Below are positions 36,970 through 46,272 of a stretch of 64,000 nt of DNA, in pieces. The notes beneath the pieces were generated by a model that searched no databases, was not told the DNA's origin, and saw nothing but the letters and a program-made list of their open reading frames with translations. Positions within the stretch are counted from its first letter, which is position 1. Each line of letters starts with the position of its first letter. Both the position numbers and the translations under genes were made by a program. This DNA comes from Ardenticatenales bacterium (GTDB taxonomy: Bacteria; Chloroflexota; Anaerolineae; Epilineales; Epilineaceae), in contig JADYYS010000050.1 of the NCBI GenBank assembly GCA_020853525.1, forward strand, positions 18,672 through 82,671, read 5' to 3'.

Positions 36970-38040
36970 ATGGACCTCACCACCTACCGCCAGCGCTTCT
37001 TCGCCGATCCCGCCCCCGCGCCCCGCTTCGCCTATCACGGCGTCCACGGCGTGACGCTCTACTTCGCGGACTACGACGCGGCCGTGGCCTACTACACGCG
37101 CGTCCTCGGCCCGCCGGCCTACGTCGAGGGCGATGGCACCCGCGGCTGGCCGCTGGGCGACACCTGGCTCACGCTGCTGAAGGGCGGCGACGGTGCCCCG
37201 CGAAACGTCGAAGTGGCGATCGTCATGGCGTCGGCGGCAGAGGCGGAGCGCCTGCAGGCGGCGTTCATCGCGGCCGGCGGGACGGGCGACGCGCCGCGCG
37301 ACGATCTGATGTACGAGCCCGTTCGCCTGTGCCCGGCGCGCGATCCGTTCGGCACCGACGTCCTCGTCTACAGCCGCACGGCCCGCAGCGTCCGCGGCGC
37401 GGGCACCGCGCGGCGCCCGCGCCGCGGCGTCTTGCGGCGCGCCGGCTTCGCGCTCCTGACCGCCCTCTCCCTCGCCATCGCCGGCTATGCCGTCTGGGCG
37501 TACGGGTTCCGCCCCATCGGCGCGCTCGTCGATCCGCAGATGCGGGCGACGTTCGAGGCGCACCGTATCGGCTTGTACGCCCATGTGTTCGGGGCCGTGT
37601 TCGCGCTCGCGCTCGGGCCGGCGCAGTTCTCGTCGTGGCTGCACGGCCGGTACCTGGCGGTCCACCGCTGGACGGGGCGGCTCTACCTGGGCCTGGGCGT
37701 CCTTGTGGGCGGATCGGCCGGGTTGTACATGGCGTTCCATGCGTTCGGCGGACCTGTCGCCCGCGCCGGCTTCGCCTGCCTAGCCGTGGCGTGGCTGGCC
37801 AGCGGCCTGCTGGCCTACCGGGCGATCCGCGGCGGCGACGAGCCGGCGCATCGGCGCTGGATGATCCGCAACTTCAGCCTGACGTTCGCCGCGGTGACGC
37901 TGCGGTTGTGGCTGCCGGCGGCGATGGCCGCCGGCGTGCCGTTCGCCACCGCCTATCCCGTCATCGCCTGGCTGTGCTGGGCGCCGAATGTGGCGGTGGC
38001 CGAGGCGCTGTGGAACCGGGGGGTGTGGCGGGCGGCGTAG
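36970..38040 (+). CDS. Fusion of a glyoxalase/VOC domain (N-terminal) and a DUF2306 membrane domain.
   Basis: YHGVHGVTLYFADYDAAVAYYTRVLG is a VOC fold. Multiple TM helices follow (LLTALSLAIAGYAVW, LYLGLGVLVGG...). Confidence 0.65.
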   Translation: MDLTTYRQRFFADPAPAPRFAYHGVHGVTLYFADYDAAVAYYTRVLGPPAYVEGDGTRGWPLGDTWLTLLKGGDGAPRNVEVAIVMASAAEAERLQAAFIAAGGTGDAPRDDLMYEPVRLCPARDPFGTDVLVYSRTARSVRGAGTARRPRRGVLRRAGFALLTALSLAIAGYAVWAYGFRPIGALVDPQMRATFEAHRIGLYAHVFGAVFALALGPAQFSSWLHGRYLAVHRWTGRLYLGLGVLVGGSAGLYMAFHAFGGPVARAGFACLAVAWLASGLLAYRAIRGGDEPAHRRWMIRNFSLTFAAVTLRLWLPAAMAAGVPFATAYPVIAWLCWAPNVAVAEALWNRGVWRAA

Positions 38041-38265
38041 ATCGTCGACGGCGGGCCGATGGACGCCCCGGACACCTGGCGCGCGCCGACGCGGCGGCGT
38101 ACCAGGCGCTCGTCCGTACGAAGCCGGACATGGACTCGATGCTCCTGACGGTCGGCAGCGGCGTCGAGCTGAGCCGGAAGCGCCCTGCACGGCCGGCCGC
38201 GTGACGCCGCTGCACCGACCCGCGCCAGTGAGTCCGCACCCCCGTGGACTTCCGTCCGACGACGG

Positions 38266-38295
38266 AGCGCCCCCGCCGTAGCAGGGGCGCTCCAG
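38266..38295. terminator. Hairpin GGAGCGCCCC-cgccgtagca-GGGGCGCTCC (10-bp perfect stem) between convergent genes.
   Basis: Seen in the sequence. Confidence 0.4.
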
Positions 38296-38355
38296 GACAC
38301 GGACGGCCGATCGCCGGAGCGGCCGGCCCCGCGGGCGCCGGCCGCCGCGAAGGCG

Positions 38356-39513
38356 CTACGGCGTCGTGTCCTTGATCGTCAGCCGGATGTCCGCGTAGTC
38401 CTTGTCGTACGTCTTCGTCGAGCCGCTGCCGGCCGCCGGCGGCTGCGGCGTCGCCGTCGGCTGGGTCGCCGTCGTCGGTTGGGATGCGACCGTCGGTTGG
38501 GATGCGACCGTCGGTTGGGATGCGGTCGTCGGCGCCGGCACCGAGGTCGGCTCGCCCGAGGCAAGCGGAGGGAACGGGTTCACGCCGATGTCGTTGCCCT
38601 TCTGCGCATAGTTGCAGACGACGATGTCGTTGCCCCCGGACGAGACGGCCTTGCCGCAGCCGATCCGCGTCGACGTCGACCAGACCACCTGCGTGAAGTG
38701 GCCGCACACCGCGCCCGGCGTGCAGCACACCGTGAGGCCGCCGCTGCAGCTGACGTCCCAGTCCTTGACCTCGCTGCCCCAGTCGTCCACCACCGCGTCC
38801 GGCCCCCAGTGGCCCGCGGTGCCCATCCATAGGTTCTCGCCGTACAGGCGCTCGGAGCGGTGCTCGAACGCGTTCCGGGCCGCCAGGTCGTCGGCCCACG
38901 CCTGGGCGTAGGACGCGATCGCCGGGTCCCACGACACCGCCGCCGTTCCGTAGTTCGCCCGCCAGCGGTTGTGCGCGTTCACATAGGCGGTGACGTCGGC
39001 CGGTCCGAGCCCGGTCGTCGAGCCCGTGTCGGCGACACTGTCGGCGACACTGTCGGACGACATGCTGTCGGACGACATGCTGTCGGACGGCGCGTCGCTC
39101 TGAGCGGGACCCTTGGGGTCTGCGGCGGCCACGAACCCGCCGGGAAGGATCGGCTCCTGGTCGCCGCCGGGCGAGGGCTTGACCGGCCTGCCGATCGCCT
39201 CGGGCTCGACAGGAACGATGGGCTCGACGGGAACGACCGGCTCAACTGGCTCGACGGCGGCGACCGGTGCGACGTACGTCGAGACCTCGACCGCCGAGCC
39301 GGCCAGGTCGCCCGGCGCCCCCTGGCCACAGGCGGTCAGGGCCAGCAACGGGACGATGAGCACGGTGACGGCTGCGATTCGCGCGGATGACCCTGCGTTT
39401 CCTCGCCTTGTTCCTCGATGGATGACGGCGGCCGCATCGGGAGACGACCTGGATGGCCCGGTGCATCGCACGAAGTCGCCAGTTGGACCGGGAAATCGAC
39501 GTTTCCGAACCAT
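38356..39513 (-). CDS. CAP/SCP/PR-1-domain lipoprotein with three tandem-repeat low-complexity linkers.
   Basis: Lipobox LLALTACG. CAP motifs HNRWRANYGTAAVSWD, GHFTQVVW and IGCG. Repeats VEPVEPVVPVEPIVPVEPE, SDSMSSDSMSSDSVADSVAD and ASQPTVASQPTVASQPTTATQPTATPQP, the last encoded by 15-bp DNA repeats at 38440-38530. Confidence 0.7.
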   Translation of the reverse strand: MVRKRRFPGPTGDFVRCTGPSRSSPDAAAVIHRGTRRGNAGSSARIAAVTVLIVPLLALTACGQGAPGDLAGSAVEVSTYVAPVAAVEPVEPVVPVEPIVPVEPEAIGRPVKPSPGGDQEPILPGGFVAAADPKGPAQSDAPSDSMSSDSMSSDSVADSVADTGSTTGLGPADVTAYVNAHNRWRANYGTAAVSWDPAIASYAQAWADDLAARNAFEHRSERLYGENLWMGTAGHWGPDAVVDDWGSEVKDWDVSCSGGLTVCCTPGAVCGHFTQVVWSTSTRIGCGKAVSSGGNDIVVCNYAQKGNDIGVNPFPPLASGEPTSVPAPTTASQPTVASQPTVASQPTTATQPTATPQPPAAGSGSTKTYDKDYADIRLTIKDTTP

Positions 39514-39692
39514 TCCTACACGGGCACCGCCCAAAAAGTCTCCGCTTCGAACGAGGATGTTTCGTCGTCCGGGTCCGTGCGCCCGGCCGCTCTGCATGGT
39601 ACGCTTGCCTTCGAGGTCGCGCCGTGCAGCGCGCCCCACGGCTGCCCGAGTTCTTTCGGCAACCAATGCCAGGCCGCAGGAGCGGCGATCCG

Positions 39693-39986
39693 ATGAACAT
39701 GGCAACCATCACGTTCAGCGGCGAGATCTGGTCCTGGCGCGGCCCCGCCCCGTTCCACTTCGTGACCGTGCCGGAGAAGGAGTGCGAGGACCTCAAGGCG
39801 ATCTCCGGCGCCGTGACGTACGGCTGGGGCATGATTCCGGTCGCTGTTCAGATCGGCGAAACCCGGTGGACGACCTCGCTGTTCCCCAAGGACGGCCGCT
39901 ACCTCGTGCCGCTCAAGGACGCCGTTCGCAAGGCGGAACGACTGGACGCGGGGGACACGGTGACGGTGCGGCTCGACGTCGGTTGA
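39693..39986 (+). CDS. DUF1905-domain protein.
   Basis: MNMATITFSGEIWSWRGPAPFHFVTVP...YGWGMIPVAVQIGETRWTTSLFPKDGRYLVPLKDAVRKAERLDAGDTVTVRLDV. Confidence 0.65.
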   Translation: MNMATITFSGEIWSWRGPAPFHFVTVPEKECEDLKAISGAVTYGWGMIPVAVQIGETRWTTSLFPKDGRYLVPLKDAVRKAERLDAGDTVTVRLDVG

Positions 39987-40044
39987 GCGCGGCGTGAGCG
40001 AAGATTCGCCCAGCGACTCGCGGCGCCGGCCGTCAATCACTCGC

Positions 40045-40523
40045 TCATCGTCGGCCCGCCCCCGCCGGCTTGACGCGCGGCCAGGCGTGCCAGGCGAAGA
40101 GCGCCACCGCCACGGCTTCCGCCAGGCGGCCCAGCGCAACGGCCGGCGCCTGCACCGGCGACGTCGTCCGCATGCCGGCGACGACCACCACGAGGATGCC
40201 GGCGTTCAACAGGGCGTAGGACCACCACACCGCCCGCTGCCGCCCGCGCGTCGATCGGCCGTCGACCTGCAGGCGCGGCAGGATCCAGTAGGCCACGCCC
40301 ATCGCCAGCTGCAACGTCCAGCCGAGCAGAACGATCTCCATGTGCGCCGGTAGGAGCAGCCATGCCAGCGGCAGCATCCCCGTGCCCTTCTGCCAGAGGA
40401 TGAGCGCCCCGAACGTGAACCCGACGCCGAGGTAGAGCAGCGCGGTACGGACGAACCAGACGCTTTGGCGCGGCACGGTCAACGGCTCCGGACGCGCGGC
40501 CACGTGGCGGCGACGAACAGCCA
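40045..40523 (-). CDS. Small 4-TM membrane protein, paralogue of the adjacent upstream ORF.
   Basis: WFVRTALLYLGVGFTFGALILW...LLPAHMEIVLLGWTLQLAMGVAYWILPR is clearly homologous to 40479..40898. The start is uncertain because the two would overlap by 45 bp. Confidence 0.45.
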
Positions 40524-40898
40524 TCCCGCCAGCAGCTGCAGCACGGCCGACAGCGCCAGAAACCAGGCCGCCGCGCCGCCGGGATGCCCGGCGGCCACCG
40601 GCTCGGCGACGACGCGGAGCGCGAGCCCGGCGTTCACGGTAAGCCACGTCAGCCAGCCCAGCCGCTCCCCCCGTTCCGCCCGGGCCGCGTCCGGCTTCGG
40701 GAACATCCAGTGCGCGATGCCGAAGATGAGCTGCGTCACCCAGCCGACCATCAGCACGTGGACGTACACCGGCCGCAGCGCGGTGAGCACGGGCGGCAGG
40801 CGCAGCAGCGGCGACAGCGCGGCCGCGGCGCCGACGATCCCGGCGGCGGCGAGCCAGACGAGGGCGGACTTGAGGTACCAGCGAGTGAGCGTCGGCAT
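40479..40898 (-). CDS. Small 4-TM membrane protein of unknown family.
   Basis: MPTLTRWYLKSALVWLAAAGIVGAAAAL...LRPVYVHVLMVGWVTQLIFGIAHWMFPK. Confidence 0.5.
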   Translation of the reverse strand: MPTLTRWYLKSALVWLAAAGIVGAAAALSPLLRLPPVLTALRPVYVHVLMVGWVTQLIFGIAHWMFPKPDAARAERGERLGWLTWLTVNAGLALRVVAEPVAAGHPGGAAAWFLALSAVLQLLAGWLFVAATWPRVRSR

Positions 40899-41143
40899 CG
40901 GGATGACCGTCGGGTGCGGATCGGCGTGCGGTGATTGTATCGTGCAGGTCGTCACCAGAGAGGATCGACGGTGCCGACCCGGCGACAGAGGGCCGACGAT
41001 GGCTCGCCTCGGCCCGATGGGGTCCGTCCTGTGCGCCGGCCCACCTTGTCCCAACCACTCGTGGACGATTGCCTCTATCATCCGGGACACCCCCGCCATA
41101 CCCTGTGCCCATCGACGGATCGCACGCTACACAGGGAGAAGTC

Positions 41144-41563
41144 ATGAACGCCGTGAAGCGCTTCCGCCTCGCCGCCGCACTGCTCGTCCTCTCAGCCGTC
41201 GGCGGCGTGCTGTCCGCCGTCCGTATCCTCGCCGCCGGCAGCGCCGGCCTGCCGCCCGTGCAGGGTGCCGAGGAGATGGGCGGTCCGCCGTTCTGGGCAG
41301 GGCTCATGTTCTTCGCGCTGGCCGTCGCCGGCCTGTTCGGCGCGTACGGCCTGTGGAAGGGCCAGCGCTGGGGCAAGGTCGTGGCGATCGTGGCATGCAC
41401 CGTCAACGCCGTGTTCGCGGCGGGCGACGTGCTCGGGGCCGTCATGGTCGGCTCGCTGCCCATGGGAGTCCTCATGACGACGAGCGTGCTCGGGCACTTG
41501 CTCGTCATCGGTCTCGTGCTCTGGCGGGAGCGGGCGGCGGCGCCCGCGACGGTGGTTGCTTGA
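41144..41563 (+). CDS. Small 4-TM membrane protein immediately upstream of the sensor kinase.
   Basis: AGGGAGA Shine-Dalgarno. MNAVKRFRLAAALLVLSAVGGVL..., hydrophobic throughout. Confidence 0.55.
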   Translation: MNAVKRFRLAAALLVLSAVGGVLSAVRILAAGSAGLPPVQGAEEMGGPPFWAGLMFFALAVAGLFGAYGLWKGQRWGKVVAIVACTVNAVFAAGDVLGAVMVGSLPMGVLMTTSVLGHLLVIGLVLWRERAAAPATVVA

Positions 41564-41598
41564 GGAGCGACCGGGCCCCGGGCGAGGGAACGAGCGGC

Positions 41599-43047
41599 AT
41601 GTCGGGCGCGCGTCCGTCCGGCGACGGGTCCGACCTGCCGCCCGCGCCGCAGCGATGGGATTCGGACGCCCTGCTGAGCGGCGGGCTCCTCGCCGGCCTT
41701 CTGACGGGCTACGCCGCACTGGTCTACATCGCCGCGCTCATCGCGGGGACGTGGCTCATGGACCAGCCGCAGGACGCGGCCCGGCCGCCGCTGTGGCTCA
41801 ACCTGTCCGCGCTCGCAGCGGTCGCCGCCACGATCCTGCCCGTGGCGCGCTGGCTGCGCGAAGGCGTGCACGACATCGTCTATGCGCAGCACGACGACCC
41901 GTATGCGCTCATCGGGAAGGTGAACGCCGCGCTGCAGCACATGGTCAAGGAGCAGACGACGCTGCCGGCGGTCGTGCGGATGGTCGCCGCCGATCTGCGC
42001 CTGCCGTACGTCGTCATCGAGACCGCCGCGCGCGGTAGGGCGGCGCGCCCGGCGACGAACGCATCGATCGACGTGGCGATCGACGCAACGCGCGCCACAT
42101 CCCCTGCGACGACGCCTGCGACGACGCCTGCCACGGTCGCCGTCGGCCGGCCGCTCGCCGGTGCGCCGCTCCACCGCATTCCGATCACCTACCTCGACCG
42201 CCCGATGGGCACGCTCCTCGCCGGCGCCCGGGCGGCCGGCAGATCGCTCTCCCCGCGCGACCAGTCGCTCCTCGGCGACATCGCCCGACAGCTCGCGATC
42301 GCGCTGTATGCGGCGCAGCTCACGCAAGACGTCCGGGCCTCCCGCGAACGGATCGTGGCCGCGCGTGAAGAGGAGCGGCGGCGGATCCGCAACGACCTGC
42401 ACGACGGCCTCGCGCCGACGCTGTCGTCCCTGCAACTGCAGCTGGGCGCGATCCAGCGGCTCATGCGCGACCAGCCGGACAAGGCAGAGCGCATCGCCGA
42501 CGACCTGCGCACGAGCTTGCAGGGCGCCACGTCCGAGATCCGCCGCCTGGTCCACGACCTGCGGCCGCCGATGCTGGACGCGTTCGGCCTCGTCGGCGCG
42601 GTCAGGCAACTGTACGACGAGGAAGGCGACATTGCCTTCGACGTCCGCGCCCCGGACCCCATGCCCGCCTTGCCGGCAGCGGTCGAGGTGGCGGCCTACC
42701 GCATCGCCGGCGAGGCGATCCACAACGTGATCCGCCACTCCGGCGCCAAGCGCTGCTGGGTGCGCATCGACGTGGGCGGCGACGGATCCGACGGATCCGA
42801 CAGATCCGACGGCACCGACGGCATCGACGGTGTCGGCGACCTCCGGATCGAGGTGCGCGACGACGGCACGGGCTTCCCGGCCGATCGGCCCATCGGCGTC
42901 GGCACGGTATCCATGATGGAGCGCGCGGCGGAGCTGGGCGGTACGCTGGTGCTCGAGAACGTCGCAGGCGCCGGGGCGCGGGTCGTGGCGCGGCTGCCGA
43001 TCGTCCCCTTGCGGCCGGGAACGGAGCGCGAACCGTGGAGCCCCTGA
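41599..43047 (+). CDS. NarL-type sensor histidine kinase (TM + GAF-like sensor + HisKA_3 + HATPase_c) with an Asp/Gly/Ser repeat insertion in the ATPase domain.
   Basis: H-box EERRRIRNDLHDGLAPTLSSL. N-box AAYRIAGEAIHNVIRH. G-box VRDDGTGF. Insert GGDGSDGSDRSDGTDGIDGVGD, encoded by 9-bp repeats at ~42780-42840. Confidence 0.8.
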   Translation: MSGARPSGDGSDLPPAPQRWDSDALLSGGLLAGLLTGYAALVYIAALIAGTWLMDQPQDAARPPLWLNLSALAAVAATILPVARWLREGVHDIVYAQHDDPYALIGKVNAALQHMVKEQTTLPAVVRMVAADLRLPYVVIETAARGRAARPATNASIDVAIDATRATSPATTPATTPATVAVGRPLAGAPLHRIPITYLDRPMGTLLAGARAAGRSLSPRDQSLLGDIARQLAIALYAAQLTQDVRASRERIVAAREEERRRIRNDLHDGLAPTLSSLQLQLGAIQRLMRDQPDKAERIADDLRTSLQGATSEIRRLVHDLRPPMLDAFGLVGAVRQLYDEEGDIAFDVRAPDPMPALPAAVEVAAYRIAGEAIHNVIRHSGAKRCWVRIDVGGDGSDGSDRSDGTDGIDGVGDLRIEVRDDGTGFPADRPIGVGTVSMMERAAELGGTLVLENVAGAGARVVARLPIVPLRPGTEREPWSP

Positions 43048-43697
43048 CCGTCCTGATCGCCGACGACCATCCCCTCTTCCGCACGGGCCTCCGCGCGCTC
43101 CTGACCTCGATGCCGGAGGTTGCGCTGGCCGGCGAGGCGACGAACGGTGAGGAGGTCGTCCGGATGGCCGAGGATCTCCAGCCGGACGTCATCCTGCTCG
43201 ACCTCCAGATGCCCGGCGGCGGCGGGCTGCCCGCCATCCGCAAGATCGTCCACACCAGCCCGCACATCCGGATTCTCGTCGTCACGATGTTCATGGACGA
43301 CGACAGCGTGTTCGCGGCCATGCGCGCCGGCGCGCGCGGCTACGTCCTAAAGGACACGCACGACGAGGACATCCGGCGCGCGATCCTGGCCGTCGGTCGG
43401 GGCGAGGCGATCTTCAGCCCGGCCATCGCCACGCGCATGATGCGCTTCTTCGCCGCACGCCCGGCCGGCCCGAGCGAGGCCTTCCCCGACCTGACGGACA
43501 GCGAGCTCGCCGTCCTCCGCCTGATGGCCGTGGGCGCGAACAACGACGCGATCGCAGCGCAGCTCGGCTTCAGCCCAAAGACTGTGCGGAACTACGCGTC
43601 GAACATCTTCGGCAAGCTCCAGGTGGCGGATCGGGCACATGCGATCGTGAAGGCGCGAGAGGCGGGGATCGGCGGCGACGGGCGGGTGAGCGGCTGA
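43035..43697 (+). CDS. NarL/LuxR-family response regulator. The GTG start overlaps the kinase's 3' end.
   Basis: REC domain LIADDHPLFRTGL...DVILLDLQMPGGGG. LuxR HTH LTDSELAVLRLMAVGANNDAIAAQLGFSPKTVRNYASNIFGKLQV. Confidence 0.85.
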   Translation: MEPLTVLIADDHPLFRTGLRALLTSMPEVALAGEATNGEEVVRMAEDLQPDVILLDLQMPGGGGLPAIRKIVHTSPHIRILVVTMFMDDDSVFAAMRAGARGYVLKDTHDEDIRRAILAVGRGEAIFSPAIATRMMRFFAARPAGPSEAFPDLTDSELAVLRLMAVGANNDAIAAQLGFSPKTVRNYASNIFGKLQVADRAHAIVKAREAGIGGDGRVSG

Positions 43698-43770
43698 GGT
43701 CCGGCTCGGTGCACGGCGGCGTGTCGGCGCGGACTTGTCCTTCTATTGCCACGCCTGTATAGTTCACCAT

Positions 43771-44217
43771 ATGAAGCAACAAACGGGTCCCAACCCACCC
43801 GAGCCGCATGCCCCTTCCGGCGACGCCCTCATGGCGCTGCTGGGCGCCGCGCATCACATCGAGGCCCAGCTCGAGGCGGCGCTCGGCGTCAACGGGCTGT
43901 CGATGGCGAAGTTCGGCGTCCTCGAGGCGTTGTCGCATGCCTCGGAGCCGCTCACGCTGACCGAGGTCGCCGCCAAGATCAGCTGCGTGCGGTCCAACGT
44001 CACCCAGCTGATCGACCGGCTCGAGGCCGACGGCTTGGTGCGGCGAGTGGCCGACGCGACGGACCGGCGCAGCATCCGCGCCGTGCTCACGCCGCTCGGC
44101 ACCAAGCGCTTCGCGCAAGGTGCGGCTGCGTTCGCCCAGGTGCGAAGCGAGCTTGCGGCACGGTTGCCGGAGTCCGAACGCGCAGACTTCCTGAAGGTGC
44201 TTTCGGGCTTGGTGTAA
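43771..44217 (+). CDS. MarR-family transcriptional regulator. Possibly leaderless, since a TATAGT hexamer directly abuts the ATG.
   Basis: LSMAKFGVLEALSHASEPLTLTEVAAKISCVRSNVTQLIDRLEADGLVRRVADATDRRS. Confidence 0.8.
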   Translation: MKQQTGPNPPEPHAPSGDALMALLGAAHHIEAQLEAALGVNGLSMAKFGVLEALSHASEPLTLTEVAAKISCVRSNVTQLIDRLEADGLVRRVADATDRRSIRAVLTPLGTKRFAQGAAAFAQVRSELAARLPESERADFLKVLSGLV

Positions 44218-44244
44218 CGGACGCGTCTTATTTTGGACCAATGC

Positions 44245-44256
44245 TTCATAGATGAA
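44245..44256. promoter_or_regulatory. Inverted repeat TTCATaGATGAA between marR and doxX. Candidate MarR operator.
   Basis: Seen in the sequence. A related TTCACCATATGAAG lies at the marR promoter. Confidence 0.3.
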
Positions 44257-44364
44257 AGGTCTAGCGGTCGAACTATACAGCCGCGAACAGCCCGCCCGTG
44301 CTCGATCCGCCGCCCGTTCTCCCGTGCTTCGTCACCCGCCCTTCTCACACCAAGGAGTCCACGA

Positions 44365-44892
44365 ATGAACACCGTTCTGCTGATCGCCCGCCTCTTCTTC
44401 GGCCTCGGCCTCGCCGTCCACGGCACCCAGAAGCTCTTCGGTTGGTTCGGAGGCCACGGCCTCGCCGGCACCGGCAGCTTCTTCGAGAGCCACCTCGGCT
44501 ACCGTCCCGGGCGCCTGTTCGCCCTCGCCGCCGGCCTCGGCGAGGCGGGCGGCGGTCTGCTCGTCGCCCTCGGCCTGCTCGGGCCGGTCGGCCCGGCGCT
44601 GATGGTCATGGTGATGATCGTCGCCTCCCTCACCGTCCACATGAAGAGCGGCTTCCTGTCCTCCAACAACGGCATCGAGACCCCGATGCTGTACGCGATG
44701 GGCGGGTTCCTCCTCGCCTTCGTCGGCCCCGGCGCGTACGCGCTCGATGCGCTTCTCGGCTGGACGTCTTTGAGCACGGTGACGAACGCCTCGCTTGCCC
44801 TTGCGATCGCCGTCGTGGCCGGCGCGCTGACCTCGGTCGCCCGCACGGCACCCGCGCCCGTGGGCGCGGCGGTAACGGCCACCGGCAGCTAA
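44365..44892 (+). CDS. DoxX-family membrane protein.
   Basis: AAGGAG Shine-Dalgarno. MNTVLLIARLFFGLGLAVHGTQKLFGWFGGHGLAGTGSFF is the typical DoxX start. Confidence 0.75.
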   Translation: MNTVLLIARLFFGLGLAVHGTQKLFGWFGGHGLAGTGSFFESHLGYRPGRLFALAAGLGEAGGGLLVALGLLGPVGPALMVMVMIVASLTVHMKSGFLSSNNGIETPMLYAMGGFLLAFVGPGAYALDALLGWTSLSTVTNASLALAIAVVAGALTSVARTAPAPVGAAVTATGS

Positions 44893-45025
44893 CGCGCCCT
44901 TCGAGACCACCGGAGTGTCGTGCGGCCGGCGACCTGCGCCGCGCCCGGTACATCCGGGGTGGGCGCATGCGATCACCGGGCGATCGGCACCGATTCCGAT
45001 CGCCCGGTGTTATGCTTGGCCTTGT

Positions 45026-45502
45026 ATGACAGACGATCTCCCCACGGATACGGCGATCCTCTCGCGGCGCCGTCTTGGCCGCGCCGGCACCGCCGCGCTC
45101 AGCATCACCTTCACCGTTGCAGCGCTGGCCAGCTGGACCTACTGGCGCTATACGGCACCGGTCGAGGTTCGGCTTTTGAGCGAGGTCGTCGGGGTACCGC
45201 TAGACGTCCGGCCCGAGCCGGCCGTCATCTCGGCCGAGCCGAATCGGATGCAGCGGGTGGTCTTTCACGTGCACAACCCCGGCCCGGACGTACGCAGGCT
45301 GTCCGGCCGCATCGAGCTGGCGCCGGCGGACGCCGAAACGCAGGTGTCGATCTTCGCCATGCAGTGCGGCGACTACACCGAGATCGAGCCCGGCGCGACC
45401 GATACGTTCGCCGTCGTCTTCAACGTCAAGGCCGCCGGTCTGACCGGCACGCGAGCGATCACGCTCCGGCACGTCTTCGCTCCGGCGACGGCGGGACGAT
45501 GA
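45026..45502 (+). CDS. Hypothetical N-terminally anchored protein with a beta-sandwich-like domain. Its stop overlaps the SCO start (ATGA).
   Basis: TM segment AGTAALSITFTVAALASWTYW. No motif recognised. Position in the Cu-chaperone cluster. Confidence 0.4.
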   Translation: MTDDLPTDTAILSRRRLGRAGTAALSITFTVAALASWTYWRYTAPVEVRLLSEVVGVPLDVRPEPAVISAEPNRMQRVVFHVHNPGPDVRRLSGRIELAPADAETQVSIFAMQCGDYTEIEPGATDTFAVVFNVKAAGLTGTRAITLRHVFAPATAGR

Positions 45503-46119
45503 GGATCGAACGGCGGGCGCGATGGAAGGCAGCCCGATTGTCGGCGCTGACCGTCGGCGCGGTGCTTGCCGCGGCCGCGTGCGCTTCGCCTGCCTTCCAC
45601 GGTGTCGAGGCCGATCCGCCGACGGCGGTGGCCGATGTTGGCCTGTCCAACGGCACAGGCCCGGCGTTCCGTCTGTCCGATCGGAAAGGCATGTGGGTCC
45701 TGCTGTTCTTCGGCTACACGAACTGTCCTGACGTCTGCCCGCTGACGCTGTCCCACATCGGGACGGTCCTGCGCGACCTCGGCCCGACGGCGAATCGCGT
45801 GGCCGTCGTGTTCGTGTCCGTCGACCCCGACCGGGACACGCCCGACCGGCTTGCCCAGTACGCGGCTTCGTTCGGCCCCCAGGTGATCGGCGTCACCGGC
45901 GAGCGGGCCGAGATCGATGCCGCCGTGGAGGCATTCGGCGCACGCTACGAACTCCACACGGACGAGGCCGCGACGTCCGCGGCCGGCTACAGCGTCAGCC
46001 ACTCGGGCGACATCTTCGTCATCGACCCCGAGCAGCGCCTGCGGCTGACGATTCCCTTCGGTGTGGCGCCCGACGCTATCCTCTCCGACCTGCGCCGGCT
46101 CATCGGTCCGTCCGGCTGA
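45499..46119 (+). CDS. SCO1/SenC-family thioredoxin-like copper chaperone.
   Basis: WVLLFFGYTNCPDVCP (CxxxC) and ...SHSGDIFVIDP (conserved His). Confidence 0.8.
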   Translation: MRIERRARWKAARLSALTVGAVLAAAACASPAFHGVEADPPTAVADVGLSNGTGPAFRLSDRKGMWVLLFFGYTNCPDVCPLTLSHIGTVLRDLGPTANRVAVVFVSVDPDRDTPDRLAQYAASFGPQVIGVTGERAEIDAAVEAFGARYELHTDEAATSAAGYSVSHSGDIFVIDPEQRLRLTIPFGVAPDAILSDLRRLIGPSG

Positions 46120-46160
46120 TCCGCACACACAGTCGCGCACACCACGTCCGCCCCGGTTCG

Positions 46161-46235
46161 TACAGCACCACTGTAGATTCTTGGGACTCTCCAATCTGGT
46201 CGCCGCCCAAGGCATGTTCAGTGGAGGTGTACTAG
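46161..46235. repeat. Third copy of the 75-bp palindromic repeat unit (2 mismatches against copy B at 1396-1470). Sits between the SCO and PCu(A)C genes.
   Basis: Direct comparison of the sequences. Confidence 0.75.
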
Positions 46236-46272
46236 TGGTTCCAACCCCGTCACCCAAGGAGACCGTGATCCG

